Positions 17,708-27,889 of a stretch of DNA of 64,000 nucleotides are shown here, piece after piece; within the stretch, counting starts at the first letter, position 1; each line of letters starts with the position of its first letter. The stretch lies in the IMG/VR virus record IMGVR_UViG_3300042446_001322; one strand, 5' to 3'. Made by a program: the position numbers and the translations under genes. The notes beneath the pieces are model-generated. The model was not told the DNA's origin and ran no database searches. It saw only the letters and a program-made list of their open reading frames with translations. This DNA is from an uncultured virus (IMG/VR IMGVR_UViG_3300042446_001322) (taxonomy: Duplodnaviria; Heunggongvirae; Uroviricota; Caudoviricetes).

Positions 17708-18310
17708 ATGATTTTAAGTCAAATTAGAAATGCTATTAACTCTAAAGGCTACAAGTGGTTTGATGATGTAGCAAACAAAAGCTATGATGTTAATATAGTA
17801 GGAGTACGTAATAGTTCTACTGGTAAAAAAGTTACTAATGTATTTGATGATATTATTACAATATCATATAAAGATGCTAAAGGCATATGGCAATATCATG
17901 AATGGATGAATACAACTGAGCCAGGTAAAAAGGGTGTAATGCAGTATAGCAATTCTAAAGGTGTAGCAAGACTTATTCCTGGACAATATAGAGGTGTGTG
18001 GTCTATTGATAAGCACCAAGGTAAATATGAAGCCTTATGTCAAAGAAACGGTACTGTAGCAGTTTTTAGAGATAATAATAAAGACATGACCTTTGATGAA
18101 ATAACTAGAGATAATGGTATGTTTGGTATTAATATTCACAAAGCAGGTCAAGACTCTACATGGGTAGAAAACTGGTCAGAAGGATGTCAAGTATTTAAAA
18201 GAGTAAAAGACTTTGATGAGTTTATGAAGATTTGTAAACTAGCAGCAAAGATACACGGTAATCATTTTACCTATACATTAATAGAATCTAAAGATATAGC
18301 AGCAGTATGA
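17708..18310 (+). CDS. Putative cell-wall enzyme with YkuD/L,D-transpeptidase-like catalytic motif
   Basis: PGQY...GINIHKAG...WSEGCQV (H...SxGC). Confidence 0.65.
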   Translation: MILSQIRNAINSKGYKWFDDVANKSYDVNIVGVRNSSTGKKVTNVFDDIITISYKDAKGIWQYHEWMNTTEPGKKGVMQYSNSKGVARLIPGQYRGVWSIDKHQGKYEALCQRNGTVAVFRDNNKDMTFDEITRDNGMFGINIHKAGQDSTWVENWSEGCQVFKRVKDFDEFMKICKLAAKIHGNHFTYTLIESKDIAAV

Positions 18311-18465
18311 AATTAAGAAATGCTTGGAAGATAAAAAATAAACAATGGGATAAAGTGTGTATAAGAGTCCGTCTTGGAGTTTTAGACTTTTTTACTATTG
18401 AATTTGATATAGATAGAAGTTTTTATATGCTGACTATATTAAACTTTACAATCAAAAATAGATAA
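18307..18465 (+). CDS. Hypothetical 52-aa protein (not in ORF track)
   Basis: ATGA overlap; MKLRNAWKIKNKQWDKVCIRVRLG... Confidence 0.6.
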   Translation: MKLRNAWKIKNKQWDKVCIRVRLGVLDFFTIEFDIDRSFYMLTILNFTIKNR

Positions 18466-18486
18466 CTACTACTAATCTATAATTTA

Positions 18487-18518
18487 GAACTCAGGTAAAT
18501 AACATACCTGAGTTTTTT
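18487..18518 (+). terminator. Intrinsic terminator
   Basis: aactcaggta...tacctgagtt plus T-tract. Confidence 0.75.
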
Positions 18519-18522
18519 ATTT

Positions 18523-18560
18523 TAAATACTATAAGTTTAAACTTATTTTGTATATATTTG
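18523..18560 (+). promoter_or_regulatory. Operator-like TAAAT-N7-GTTTA (18523-18539), overlapping second copy (18538-18554) and TATATTTG box (18553-18560)
   Basis: Read directly; includes the perfect palindrome ataagtttaaacttat. Confidence 0.6.
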
Positions 18561-18583
18561 TATAAACTTTTAAAATATATATC

Positions 18584-18859
18584 ATGAGTAAAGAAAACCA
18601 ACATCAAGAAGAAGTAGAATTAACAGCAGAAGAATTAGCAGAAAGAAAGGCTGATATGCTTAAATTTTACACAGAATCAATTCCTTATTTAACAGCACAA
18701 CTAGAGTATGAGAAAGTACTATGTGATATTGATGAGGCTAGATTCAAAAGAACAAGTATTAACTATCAACTTGCAATGATGATGAATCCACCTACTGAAG
18801 GTGAAGATGATCTAGATGCACCAAAACCAGAACAAGAAAGAAAACTTAAAACTCAATAG
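18584..18859 (+). CDS. Hypothetical acidic helical protein
   Basis: First gene of the packaging/head operon. Confidence 0.65.
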   Translation: MSKENQHQEEVELTAEELAERKADMLKFYTESIPYLTAQLEYEKVLCDIDEARFKRTSINYQLAMMMNPPTEGEDDLDAPKPEQERKLKTQ

Positions 18860-18865
18860 GAACTT

Positions 18866-19228
18866 ATGGCATTAGTAAATCAAGTACAGAAACGTGCTGT
18901 AATGCCAAAATGGGAAATTGTTAAGTTTCAGATATTATCTCACTGCTATATTAATCATATAGTGGTGAGTGATTCTGACTTAAACTGTTTAACATTGTTG
19001 AGCATGTCAGGACCTATTGAATTAACTCATTTTTGTTATGATGCTTCTTCTGAAGAACAGATGATATTTAAGTCACCACAAACAGTTAGAAATGCAGTTA
19101 ATAAAGCAATGAAAACAATGTTAGTAATTAAAGATGATGTAGATAAAAAACTCATTAGATTAAATCCTACCTTGCAAGTACAAACAGAAGGAGATATATT
19201 ATTAGATTATAAATTTTTAGGAAGATGA
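18866..19228 (+). CDS. Putative winged-HTH DNA-binding protein
   Basis: VSDSDLNCLTLL...SPQTVRNAVNKAMKTMLVIK...IRLNP resembles a wHTH recognition helix plus wing. Confidence 0.5.
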   Translation: MALVNQVQKRAVMPKWEIVKFQILSHCYINHIVVSDSDLNCLTLLSMSGPIELTHFCYDASSEEQMIFKSPQTVRNAVNKAMKTMLVIKDDVDKKLIRLNPTLQVQTEGDILLDYKFLGR

Positions 19229-19611
19229 TCCCAAAAAAACCTAATACATTATACAAACAAGTTGCTGAAGATTTAAATATCTCAGAAACACTTGTAGATA
19301 ATTTTATGACTTTCTACTATAAAGAGATAAGAAAAAACTTAACTGAGTTAAATCATATCAGAATAAACTTAGATGGTTTAGGAATCATGTCTATTAAACC
19401 TAGATTAGTTACTGCACTCTTGGATAAGTATCATAATAGTATTGAAACACTAAATACGGATACTATGGCCAATTATAACTATAAGAAAAGAATAGAGGCT
19501 AAAGTTATATTATTGGAGAAAGCAGATAAAATGCTAAAAGCAGATAAAGAAATTAAAGATAAATTTTTAAAAGACAAAGCAGATGGGAAAACTGGAGAAG
19601 ATTTGGCATAA
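19225..19611 (+). CDS. HU/IHF-like DNA-binding protein
   Basis: LYKQVAEDLNISETLV...RINLDGLGIMSIK. Confidence 0.6.
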   Translation: MIPKKPNTLYKQVAEDLNISETLVDNFMTFYYKEIRKNLTELNHIRINLDGLGIMSIKPRLVTALLDKYHNSIETLNTDTMANYNYKKRIEAKVILLEKADKMLKADKEIKDKFLKDKADGKTGEDLA

Positions 19612-19882
19612 TAGAAAGCAAATTATGGAGGGTATTAAAAATTCTGTAATAAGAGATGCCTTTGTAGAAAAGATTGCAGCAGATAGAATGGAATTATGTA
19701 ATATGTGTGTAAGAAAAGATACTAAAGGTTCATCATGTGTAATGCCAGGGACGCAACCATGTTGTAATTTATGTGGCTGCTCACTTACATTTAAAACAAG
19801 ATCATTATCATCAGAGTGTCCAGACTTGAGATGGAAAGCAGTTATCACAGAAGAAGATGAAGATAAACTAGAAAAATTATAA
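19583..19882 (+). CDS. Cys-rich zinc-binding protein (DUF6171-like)
   Basis: RxxxCxxC...CxxCGC...K...ECPxxRW. Confidence 0.6.
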   Translation: MGKLEKIWHNRKQIMEGIKNSVIRDAFVEKIAADRMELCNMCVRKDTKGSSCVMPGTQPCCNLCGCSLTFKTRSLSSECPDLRWKAVITEEDEDKLEKL

Positions 19883-19884
19883 TT

Positions 19885-20199
19885 ATGACAACTGAAACAA
19901 ATTTAACAGCACAAGGTCTATATGCACCTAATCATATTGGTAGTGCTGCTCCTGATACAAGTAATGTTATATGGAGTCAAATAACAAGTAGTAATAAAAG
20001 TGCTTATATTCCAACAGAGGTATTATTAAATAAAATAGAAAAATTAGAACTTCAAAATAAGTTTTTATCATTAAGTATACTTAGATTAGAAGGTAAATTT
20101 ACTCAAGAAGAAGTTAATAATATTAAAAGTATGTTGGCATCAAATGATGAAGCATCAATTATTTTAGCTGATACAATTATAGAAAACGCACAATTATGA
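19885..20199 (+). CDS. Hypothetical protein
   Basis: ORF coupled to neighbours. Confidence 0.6.
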   Translation: MTTETNLTAQGLYAPNHIGSAAPDTSNVIWSQITSSNKSAYIPTEVLLNKIEKLELQNKFLSLSILRLEGKFTQEEVNNIKSMLASNDEASIILADTIIENAQL

Positions 20200-21002
20200 G
20201 TATAGTATTTAAAGCAGATGACCATAGTTATACTAGTATTGAAGGTGAAGAATCTATCAAATGGACTAGTGTAACAAGTCTTATATCAAAATTAAAAAAG
20301 CCATTTGATAAAGTTAAAATAGCTGCTAAATGCTCTAAACAAAAAAAATCAAAATGGTTTGGTATAGCACCAGAAAAAATAATTGAAATCTGGGATAATG
20401 AAGCACTAAGAGCTACATCATTAGGGACCTTTTATCATAATCAAAGAGAATCAGATCTATGCAGTCTATCTTCATTAGAAGTAGATGGTGTGATAATACC
20501 AATAATAACTCCGGTACCTGAAGTAAACAATTTAAAGTATGCTCCTTCTCAAAAATTAGAACAAGGTGTATATCCTGAACATATGGTTTATTTAAAGTCT
20601 GCAGGTATATGTGGTCAATCAGATTTAGTAGAAGTAGTTAATGATAAAATTAATATCATTGATTATAAGACAAATAAGAAGATTGATGTTGAATCATATA
20701 AGGATTGGGATGGGATTAGTGACAAATTACAGGACCCTGTATCACATTTGGATGATTGTAATTTTAACCACTATGCACTACAATTAAGTATATATATGTA
20801 TATTATGTTGAAACATAACCCAAAATTAAAACCAGGTAAACTGTTTATACATCATGTTACATTTGACTTAGATGGAGTAGATGAATGGGGGTATCCTATT
20901 ACTAAATATACTGATCAAGGAGATCCGGAAATTAAACAAGTAATACCAATGGAGATACCATATTTAAAAGAAGAAGTTATAGCTATAATTAAATCATTAT
21001 AA
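20196..21002 (+). CDS. PD-(D/E)xK (RecB/Cas4-like) nuclease
   Basis: SVTS, GTFYH, E...GQSDLV...IIDYKT, YALQLSIY motifs. Confidence 0.85.
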   Translation: MSIVFKADDHSYTSIEGEESIKWTSVTSLISKLKKPFDKVKIAAKCSKQKKSKWFGIAPEKIIEIWDNEALRATSLGTFYHNQRESDLCSLSSLEVDGVIIPIITPVPEVNNLKYAPSQKLEQGVYPEHMVYLKSAGICGQSDLVEVVNDKINIIDYKTNKKIDVESYKDWDGISDKLQDPVSHLDDCNFNHYALQLSIYMYIMLKHNPKLKPGKLFIHHVTFDLDGVDEWGYPITKYTDQGDPEIKQVIPMEIPYLKEEVIAIIKSL

Positions 21003-21004
21003 AC

Positions 21005-21520
21005 ATGTTAATAAAACTATTTGATGTACAAAATAATGTAGTAATACCAACTGAACATTGTTATACACTACATGCACTTAAGGATGTTATGGATGAATAT
21101 CCAGAAAACTACATTAAGATATACCAGTACTTGTTTTATATGACATGTCCTAATCCTGATATGAATCCATTTTTTCACACACCAGAGATAGATAAAGAAG
21201 ATTTAATTCTAGCTGAGATTAAAGCTGAATTTTCTACTGAGGATAAAACAATACATCAAGCATTAGTATTTTGTCAAAGATTATATGAAACTCCTACATA
21301 TAGAGCATATAAAGGTATGGCATCTATGTTAGATAGATTAGCTAGATATATGGAGACTACTCCAATTACTGCAGGAAGAGATGGTAATATAAACTCACTT
21401 GTAGCTGCAGCAAAAAACTTTGATCTTATTAGAGCTTCTTTTAAAGGAGTATATAAAGATTTACAGGAAGAGCAATCTAGTAAAGTTAGAGGAGGAATTG
21501 GTTTATCTTATGATAGTTAA
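21005..21520 (+). CDS. Conserved protein upstream of TerL (possible terminase small subunit)
   Basis: Position and size; C-terminal KVRGG. Confidence 0.45.
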   Translation: MLIKLFDVQNNVVIPTEHCYTLHALKDVMDEYPENYIKIYQYLFYMTCPNPDMNPFFHTPEIDKEDLILAEIKAEFSTEDKTIHQALVFCQRLYETPTYRAYKGMASMLDRLARYMETTPITAGRDGNINSLVAAAKNFDLIRASFKGVYKDLQEEQSSKVRGGIGLSYDS

Positions 21521-21522
21521 TT

Positions 21523-23727
21523 ATGGAAAATATGTACACGGATATTCCCACCTGGGATAATGGAACATGGACTACTACATCTTTTGATACAAGAAAAGAA
21601 TTTGGTGAGTTTGTGTTTGCATTATTTAAAGAGCCCGGTGAATATGAGTTTGATGATGTCAGCAATAAAGTATTTATATCTGAGTCAACAAAATTCAATA
21701 TAGAAAAAGTATATTGTGTAGCTCCATTTAAATCTAAAGATTTTATTAATTATTGGGATGACCAGAAAGCTAAATGCAGATTAGGTTTAATAATTAAATC
21801 AGGATCTAAAACTTGGTTCCTTACAAGAGATTATTATATGTGGTTAAACTTCTTACCTATTTTTGATAAGGAGGAGCAAAAGTTTGGATTTGCTAAGATA
21901 AGAGATGCACAATATCACATGGCCTTATATGAGATACTTGCAGAAATAAACTACATGCACGTAGCTATTCTTAAAAAAAGACAGATAGCTAGTTCATACT
22001 TTCATGCAGGTAAACTTATTAATCAGTTATGGTTTGAAGCTGGGGTTACTTTAAAAATGGGTGCGTCACTTAAAGATTATATCAATGAAAAAGGTACCTG
22101 GAAATTCTTATCTGAGTATGCAGCATTCTTAAATGAACATACTGCATGGTATAGACCTATGTCTCCAGACAAGGTAATGATGTGGCAACAAAAAATTGAG
22201 ATAAGAAAAGGAGATAGAAAAGCTGAAATAGGACTTAAAGGTACTATGCAAGGTATGTCTTTTGAGAAAGATCCAACAAATGGTGTAGGGGGTCCGGTTA
22301 AGTTCTTCTTTCATGAGGAAGCAGGAATTGCTCCCAAGATGGATACAACCTTTGGATATATTAAACCAGCACTTAAGTCTGGTATGATTACTACAGGATT
22401 ATTTATTGCTGCGGGATCAGTAGGGGATCTTGATCAATGTGGTCCTTTAAAGAAAATGATACTTGATCCAGCCAGTAATGATATATATCCAGTTAAAACT
22501 AATCTAATAGATAAAGATAATACATGGGGAGAATCAGGATTGTTTATACCTGAACAGTGGTCTATGCCACCATATATAGATGACTATGGTAATTCACTTG
22601 TCCAAGAAGCATTAATTGCTTTAGATGAATACTTTGAGGAAATTAAGAAAAATAAAGAACCTAAAGATTATCAACTTGAGGTATCTCAGCATCCAAGAAA
22701 TATAGAAGAGGCATTTGCATTTAGAAAAGAGGCTAAATTCCCACCACATCTTGTAAATGCTCAGATAAAAAGAATAGAAGAAAAAGAATACTCTTCAGAG
22801 TTTCTTGATATATCTAGAGATGAAACCGGTAAAGTAAAAGTAAAAGCTACTAATAAATTACCAATAGCTGAGTTTCCTATATCTAAGAAGACAGAAGATA
22901 AAACAGGTACGTTAGTAGTATGGGAAAGACCAGTACCAGATCCTACATTTGGTATGTACTATGGCAGTATTGACCCTGTTGCAGAGGGAAAGACAACTAC
23001 CTCAGACTCACTATGTTCTATATATATAATGAAAGCTCCAGTTGAAGTAACTAAGGTTACTAATGGTGAGGCTGAGACATTTATAGAAAGAGATAAAATT
23101 GTAGCAGCATGGTGTGGAAGATTTGATGATATTAATAAAACACATGAGAGACTAGAATTAATAATTGAATGGTATAATGCATGGACTATAGTAGAGAATA
23201 ATATATCTCAATTTATAAACCACATGATTGCAAGAAAAAAACAAAGATATCTAGTACCAAGAAACAAAATAGTATTCTTAAAAGATTTAGGATCTAATGC
23301 AAATGTATTCCAGGAATACGGATGGAGAAATACAGGTGTACTATTTAAGAACCATATGATCAGTTATACTCAAGATTTCTTAACTGAAGAGATAGATCAT
23401 ATACAGAAAGATGATGGTACTACTGTAAAGATACATTATGGTGTAGAAAGAATACCGGATATAATGTTACTGAGGGAAATGCAGGCTTATCAAGATGGAC
23501 TCAACGTGGATAGGTTAGTAGCTTTTTCTGCATTAGTTTCATTTCTTAAAATCCAACAAGCTAATATGGGTTACACAAAAAGAATTGTGAGAGATGAAGC
23601 AAGTAAAAAATTGGAAAATTCAAAAAATTTGTATACCTTAAAGAGTAGTCCTTTTAGACATATGGGTAGAAGTGGATTAGGTGAAAATCAAAAATTTAAC
23701 AGATCACCATTTAAAAATTTAAAATAA
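21523..23727 (+). CDS. terL: Terminase large subunit
   Basis: LKKRQIASS Walker A-like, FFFHEEAG Walker B, GSIDPV nuclease, VENN, NVDRLVA. Confidence 0.92.
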   Translation: MENMYTDIPTWDNGTWTTTSFDTRKEFGEFVFALFKEPGEYEFDDVSNKVFISESTKFNIEKVYCVAPFKSKDFINYWDDQKAKCRLGLIIKSGSKTWFLTRDYYMWLNFLPIFDKEEQKFGFAKIRDAQYHMALYEILAEINYMHVAILKKRQIASSYFHAGKLINQLWFEAGVTLKMGASLKDYINEKGTWKFLSEYAAFLNEHTAWYRPMSPDKVMMWQQKIEIRKGDRKAEIGLKGTMQGMSFEKDPTNGVGGPVKFFFHEEAGIAPKMDTTFGYIKPALKSGMITTGLFIAAGSVGDLDQCGPLKKMILDPASNDIYPVKTNLIDKDNTWGESGLFIPEQWSMPPYIDDYGNSLVQEALIALDEYFEEIKKNKEPKDYQLEVSQHPRNIEEAFAFRKEAKFPPHLVNAQIKRIEEKEYSSEFLDISRDETGKVKVKATNKLPIAEFPISKKTEDKTGTLVVWERPVPDPTFGMYYGSIDPVAEGKTTTSDSLCSIYIMKAPVEVTKVTNGEAETFIERDKIVAAWCGRFDDINKTHERLELIIEWYNAWTIVENNISQFINHMIARKKQRYLVPRNKIVFLKDLGSNANVFQEYGWRNTGVLFKNHMISYTQDFLTEEIDHIQKDDGTTVKIHYGVERIPDIMLLREMQAYQDGLNVDRLVAFSALVSFLKIQQANMGYTKRIVRDEASKKLENSKNLYTLKSSPFRHMGRSGLGENQKFNRSPFKNLK

Positions 23728-23733
23728 AAGAAT

Positions 23734-26484
23734 ATGCAAGTATATAATGCACTACAGTTAAAAAAAGGAGCAAAGACAGAACATAACAGGTTAGGTAGTA
23801 TAACTCAACCTTTACAGTTTATTCCTAAAGCAGAAAAAGATGATAAGTGGGCAGCTTGGAATCTTGACTGGTTAGAGTGGAATGGTCTTAAACAGATTAA
23901 AAGAAATGCCCGTAGGTTAATGAAAAATTATAAGTTAGCTAAAGGTGTTATTGATAAGTCTGATTACATTGTAGAGGAAGATAATGATTATAGAGATATA
24001 ATTGAAACTCTTACTAAAGAAGATTCTTCTGCACTTGAACTTAAATTTTATCCAATTATACCTAATGTAATTAATGTTCTTGTAGCTGAATTTGCTAAAA
24101 GATCAAGTAAGTTAACATACCGTGCTGTTGATGAAGGATCATATAATGATATGATGGAGCAAAAAAGACAAATGGTAGAAGATACATTAATGCAAGATGC
24201 ACAGATGAAGATAACATCTGCATTAATTGAGCAAGGTCTTAATCCAGAATCTCCAGAAGCACAAGAACAATTAAATCCAGAAAAACTTAAAACATTACCT
24301 GAAATAGAAAAATTCTTTAAAAAGGATTACAGATCTATAGTAGAACAATGGGCTTCTCATCAACATGAAGTAGATACTGAAAGATTCAGAATGGATGAGT
24401 TAGAAGAAAGAGGTTTTAGAGATATGCTTATTACAGACAGAGAGTTCTGGCATATGCGTATGATGGAAGATGATTATGATGTAGAATTATGGAATCCTGT
24501 ACTTACATTTTATCACAAGTCTCCTGATGCAAGATATATATCTCAATCTAATTGGGTTGGTAAAACTGACATGTTAACTGTAGCAGATGTTATTGATAAG
24601 TATGGATATATGATGAATGAAGATCAGATGGCATCATTAGAAGCTATCTATCCTATCAGATCAGCAGGATATAACATTGGTGGTACTCAAAATGACGGAT
24701 CATTTTATGATGCTACTAAATCACATGAATGGAATACTAACATGCCTTCATTAGGATTTAGACAATATTCTACTGCAGCAGCTAATAGTATATTCAACGG
24801 AGGAGACATTGTTAATTATATACTTAGAGAAGGAGAAGATTATTATGATCAAGGTACTGCATATTTATTAAGAGTAACTACAGCATATTGGAAATCTCAA
24901 AGAAAAGTAGGTCACTTAACTAAAGTTACTGACTCAGGTGAAGTAATTACAGAAATTATTACTGAAGACTACAAAGTAACAGACTCACCCGTGTATGATA
25001 CAAGACTCTTTAAAAATAAAACTAAAGACAATATTGTATATGGTGAGCATATAGACTGGATTTGGATTAATGAGGTATGGGGTGGTATTAAAGTTGGACC
25101 AAACATTCCTTCTTTCTGGGGTATGAATAACCCTGGTGGATTTACTCCTTTATATATTGGTATTGATAAACAAAACATAGGACCACTTAGATTTCAATTT
25201 AAAGGTGATAATAGTTTATACGGATGTAAACTACCAGTAGAAGGTGCAGTATTCTCAGATAGAAATACTAAGTCAACTGCATTAATAGATTTAATGAAAC
25301 CTTTTCAAATAGGATATAACATTGTCAATAATCAAATAGCAGATATTTTAGTAGATGAATTAGGTACAGTTATCTTATTAGATCAGAATGCATTACCAAG
25401 ACACTCTATGGGTGAAGACTGGGGTAAAAACAATTTAGCTAAAGCTTATGTAGCAATGAAGAATTTTCAGATGCTTCCTTTAGATACCAGTATTACTAAT
25501 ACAGAGAATGCTCTTAACTTCCAACACTTTCAGAAATTAGACCTAGAACAGACTAACAGGTTGATGTCAAGAATACAATTAGCTACATATATGAAACAAC
25601 AAGCATATGAAGTTATAGGTATTAATCCTCAAAGAATGGGTCAACAGTTATCTCAACAAACTGCAACAGGTGTAGAACAAGCAGTTGGATCATCTTATGC
25701 TCAAACAGAAATGTACTTTATACAACACTCAGATTACTTAATGCCAAGAGTACATCAGATGAGAACAGATCTTGCACAGTTTTATCAATCTACTAAACCT
25801 TCTGCAAGATTATCATATATGACTTCTGCAGATGAAAAAGTAAACTTCCAGATTAATGGTACAGATTTATTAATGAGAGATCTTAATATATTTGCAACTA
25901 CTAAAGCCAACTATAGAGCAGTATTAGAGCAATTGAAAAACATGGCTATATCTAATAATACTACAGGAGCTTCAATATATGACTTAGGAAAATTAATGCA
26001 ATCAGAAAGTATATCTGAATTAAACAGTGTGCTTAAAGATTCTGAGCAAAAAATTAAAGCACAGAAAGATGCAGAAATGAAACATCAACAAGATATGCAA
26101 GATCAAGCATTACAAGCAAAAGCTCAAGATGAAAAACTTAAAAGAGAATTTGAGGACATTAAAGGAGAGAAAGATAGACAGAGAGATATACTTGTTGCTG
26201 AAATTAGGTCCGCTGGGTTTGGTGCTACACAAGATATTAATCAAAATCAACAATCTGATTACAATGATACTTTAAAAGAGATACAAAACTCAGAACAGTT
26301 TACTAGTCAAATGAGTTTAGAGAGACAAAAAGAATCTAATAGGACTTCTAGCAATAATCAAAAAGCAGAATTAGAAAGAGAAAAACTTATGGTTCAACAA
26401 AATATTGCTGATAAACAATTACAAGTAGCCAGAGAAAACAAAAATAAATATGATGTTAAAGGAAAATCTGATAACAAAAAATAA
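23734..26484 (+). CDS. Portal protein
   Basis: 916 aa after TerL; YPIIPNVINVL, GINPQRMGQ...TATGVEQAV, coiled-coil C-terminus as in crAss-like portals. Confidence 0.85.
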   Translation: MQVYNALQLKKGAKTEHNRLGSITQPLQFIPKAEKDDKWAAWNLDWLEWNGLKQIKRNARRLMKNYKLAKGVIDKSDYIVEEDNDYRDIIETLTKEDSSALELKFYPIIPNVINVLVAEFAKRSSKLTYRAVDEGSYNDMMEQKRQMVEDTLMQDAQMKITSALIEQGLNPESPEAQEQLNPEKLKTLPEIEKFFKKDYRSIVEQWASHQHEVDTERFRMDELEERGFRDMLITDREFWHMRMMEDDYDVELWNPVLTFYHKSPDARYISQSNWVGKTDMLTVADVIDKYGYMMNEDQMASLEAIYPIRSAGYNIGGTQNDGSFYDATKSHEWNTNMPSLGFRQYSTAAANSIFNGGDIVNYILREGEDYYDQGTAYLLRVTTAYWKSQRKVGHLTKVTDSGEVITEIITEDYKVTDSPVYDTRLFKNKTKDNIVYGEHIDWIWINEVWGGIKVGPNIPSFWGMNNPGGFTPLYIGIDKQNIGPLRFQFKGDNSLYGCKLPVEGAVFSDRNTKSTALIDLMKPFQIGYNIVNNQIADILVDELGTVILLDQNALPRHSMGEDWGKNNLAKAYVAMKNFQMLPLDTSITNTENALNFQHFQKLDLEQTNRLMSRIQLATYMKQQAYEVIGINPQRMGQQLSQQTATGVEQAVGSSYAQTEMYFIQHSDYLMPRVHQMRTDLAQFYQSTKPSARLSYMTSADEKVNFQINGTDLLMRDLNIFATTKANYRAVLEQLKNMAISNNTTGASIYDLGKLMQSESISELNSVLKDSEQKIKAQKDAEMKHQQDMQDQALQAKAQDEKLKREFEDIKGEKDRQRDILVAEIRSAGFGATQDINQNQQSDYNDTLKEIQNSEQFTSQMSLERQKESNRTSSNNQKAELEREKLMVQQNIADKQLQVARENKNKYDVKGKSDNKK

Positions 26485-26532
26485 TAGTTAGCCATATAAT
26501 GCCAAAAATGAAAAAATAAAATTGCACTATTC

Positions 26533-26572
26533 TAAATTTTAGAAGTTTATTTGCATTAAAATAACTATATTA
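26533..26572 (+). promoter_or_regulatory. Operator-like TAAAT-N7-GTTTA (26533-26549) and TATATTA box (26566-26572)
   Basis: taaattttagaagttta upstream of the scaffold gene. Confidence 0.5.
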
Positions 26573-26597
26573 TTTATAGTAACATAAAAACCAACAT

Positions 26598-27854
26598 ATG
26601 AATACTGAAGAACAAGCAACACAAGAAAGCACTACCGTATCACAAGTAGATGTAAACTTGGATGAATTATTTGGAATGCCTGGAGCAGAAAACGTGATGC
26701 TACCAGAAGAAGAAGAAGAGGAAAAGAAATCTCTTTTTACTAAGGATAAAAAAACTGATTATGAGTTCCTTGACAGTAAAACTGGTGTAACAAGTAAACC
26801 AGATACAGCAGAGCAAACTATTACTAAGGAAGAAGTCCAAGAAACTATTGATGAGTTAGATGGACTTATTGCTCAGGAAGAAGATGCAGGTAACAAAGGA
26901 AGACCAAAGATAGATAAGTCAGGTCTTCATGAGTTAGCAGCTAAGATGATAGAAGAGGGTACTCTATTTGGATTTGATGATGATAAAGATTTAGAAGATT
27001 ATACTACTAAAGACTTTAGAGAGTTATTTGAAGCCAACTTTCAAGAGAAAGAAAGAAAGATTAAAGAGGCAGCTCCTAAAGATTTCTTTAATGCATTACC
27101 TGATGAATTGAAAACTGCAGCTAAGTATGTAGCAGATGGTGGACAAGATCTTAAAGGTTTATTCAGAACTCTTGCTCAAGTAGAAGAAGTATTTGAACTT
27201 GATGCAGATGATGAGAATCATCAAGCAGAAATTGCAAGACAATATCTTTATGCTACTAATTTTGGTACACCAGAAGAAATAGAGTCAGAGATTGAAGACT
27301 GGGCAGATGTAGATAAGTTAGGACAAAAAGCTAGACAGTTTAAACCTAAGTTAGATAGAATGCAAGAAGAGATTGTATCTAGAAAACTTGCTGAACAGGA
27401 AAACAAAAAAGAACAACAAGTACAAGCTGCTAAAGTATATACAGATAATGTATATAACGTATTATCAGTAGGTGAATTAGATGGTGTTAAACTAGATAAG
27501 AAAGTACAAAACATGTTATACAGTGGATTAGTTCAACCAGCTTATCCTTCTATATCAGGTAAACCTACTAACTTACTTGGACACTTATTAGAAAAGTATC
27601 AGTTTGTAGAACCAAGACATGATCTTATTGCTGAAGCTCTTTGGCTATTAGCAGATCCAGAAGGGTATAAAAATAAGATTAAAGATCAAGGTACTAAGAT
27701 TGCTACTGAAAAAACTGTAAGAATGTTAAAGACTGAAGAAGGTAAAAAAATTGCTTCATCTATTCCACATGAAGAGAGAGCACAGACTAGAAAAACAGGA
27801 TCAAACAACACAGTCTCAAGAACAGGTGGTAACAACATGTTTAAAAGATTTTAA
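26598..27854 (+). CDS. Putative capsid scaffolding protein
   Basis: Highly acidic and helical; lies between portal and capsid genes. Confidence 0.65.
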   Translation: MNTEEQATQESTTVSQVDVNLDELFGMPGAENVMLPEEEEEEKKSLFTKDKKTDYEFLDSKTGVTSKPDTAEQTITKEEVQETIDELDGLIAQEEDAGNKGRPKIDKSGLHELAAKMIEEGTLFGFDDDKDLEDYTTKDFRELFEANFQEKERKIKEAAPKDFFNALPDELKTAAKYVADGGQDLKGLFRTLAQVEEVFELDADDENHQAEIARQYLYATNFGTPEEIESEIEDWADVDKLGQKARQFKPKLDRMQEEIVSRKLAEQENKKEQQVQAAKVYTDNVYNVLSVGELDGVKLDKKVQNMLYSGLVQPAYPSISGKPTNLLGHLLEKYQFVEPRHDLIAEALWLLADPEGYKNKIKDQGTKIATEKTVRMLKTEEGKKIASSIPHEERAQTRKTGSNNTVSRTGGNNMFKRF

Positions 27855-27889
27855 AAAAGTATTATAAATAAACAAATAAATAAATACAA

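Noticed and set aside
20196..21002. Cas4/CRISPR system
   Set aside because: No repeat-spacer array or other cas genes seen; a stand-alone PD-(D/E)xK nuclease near TerL is ordinary here
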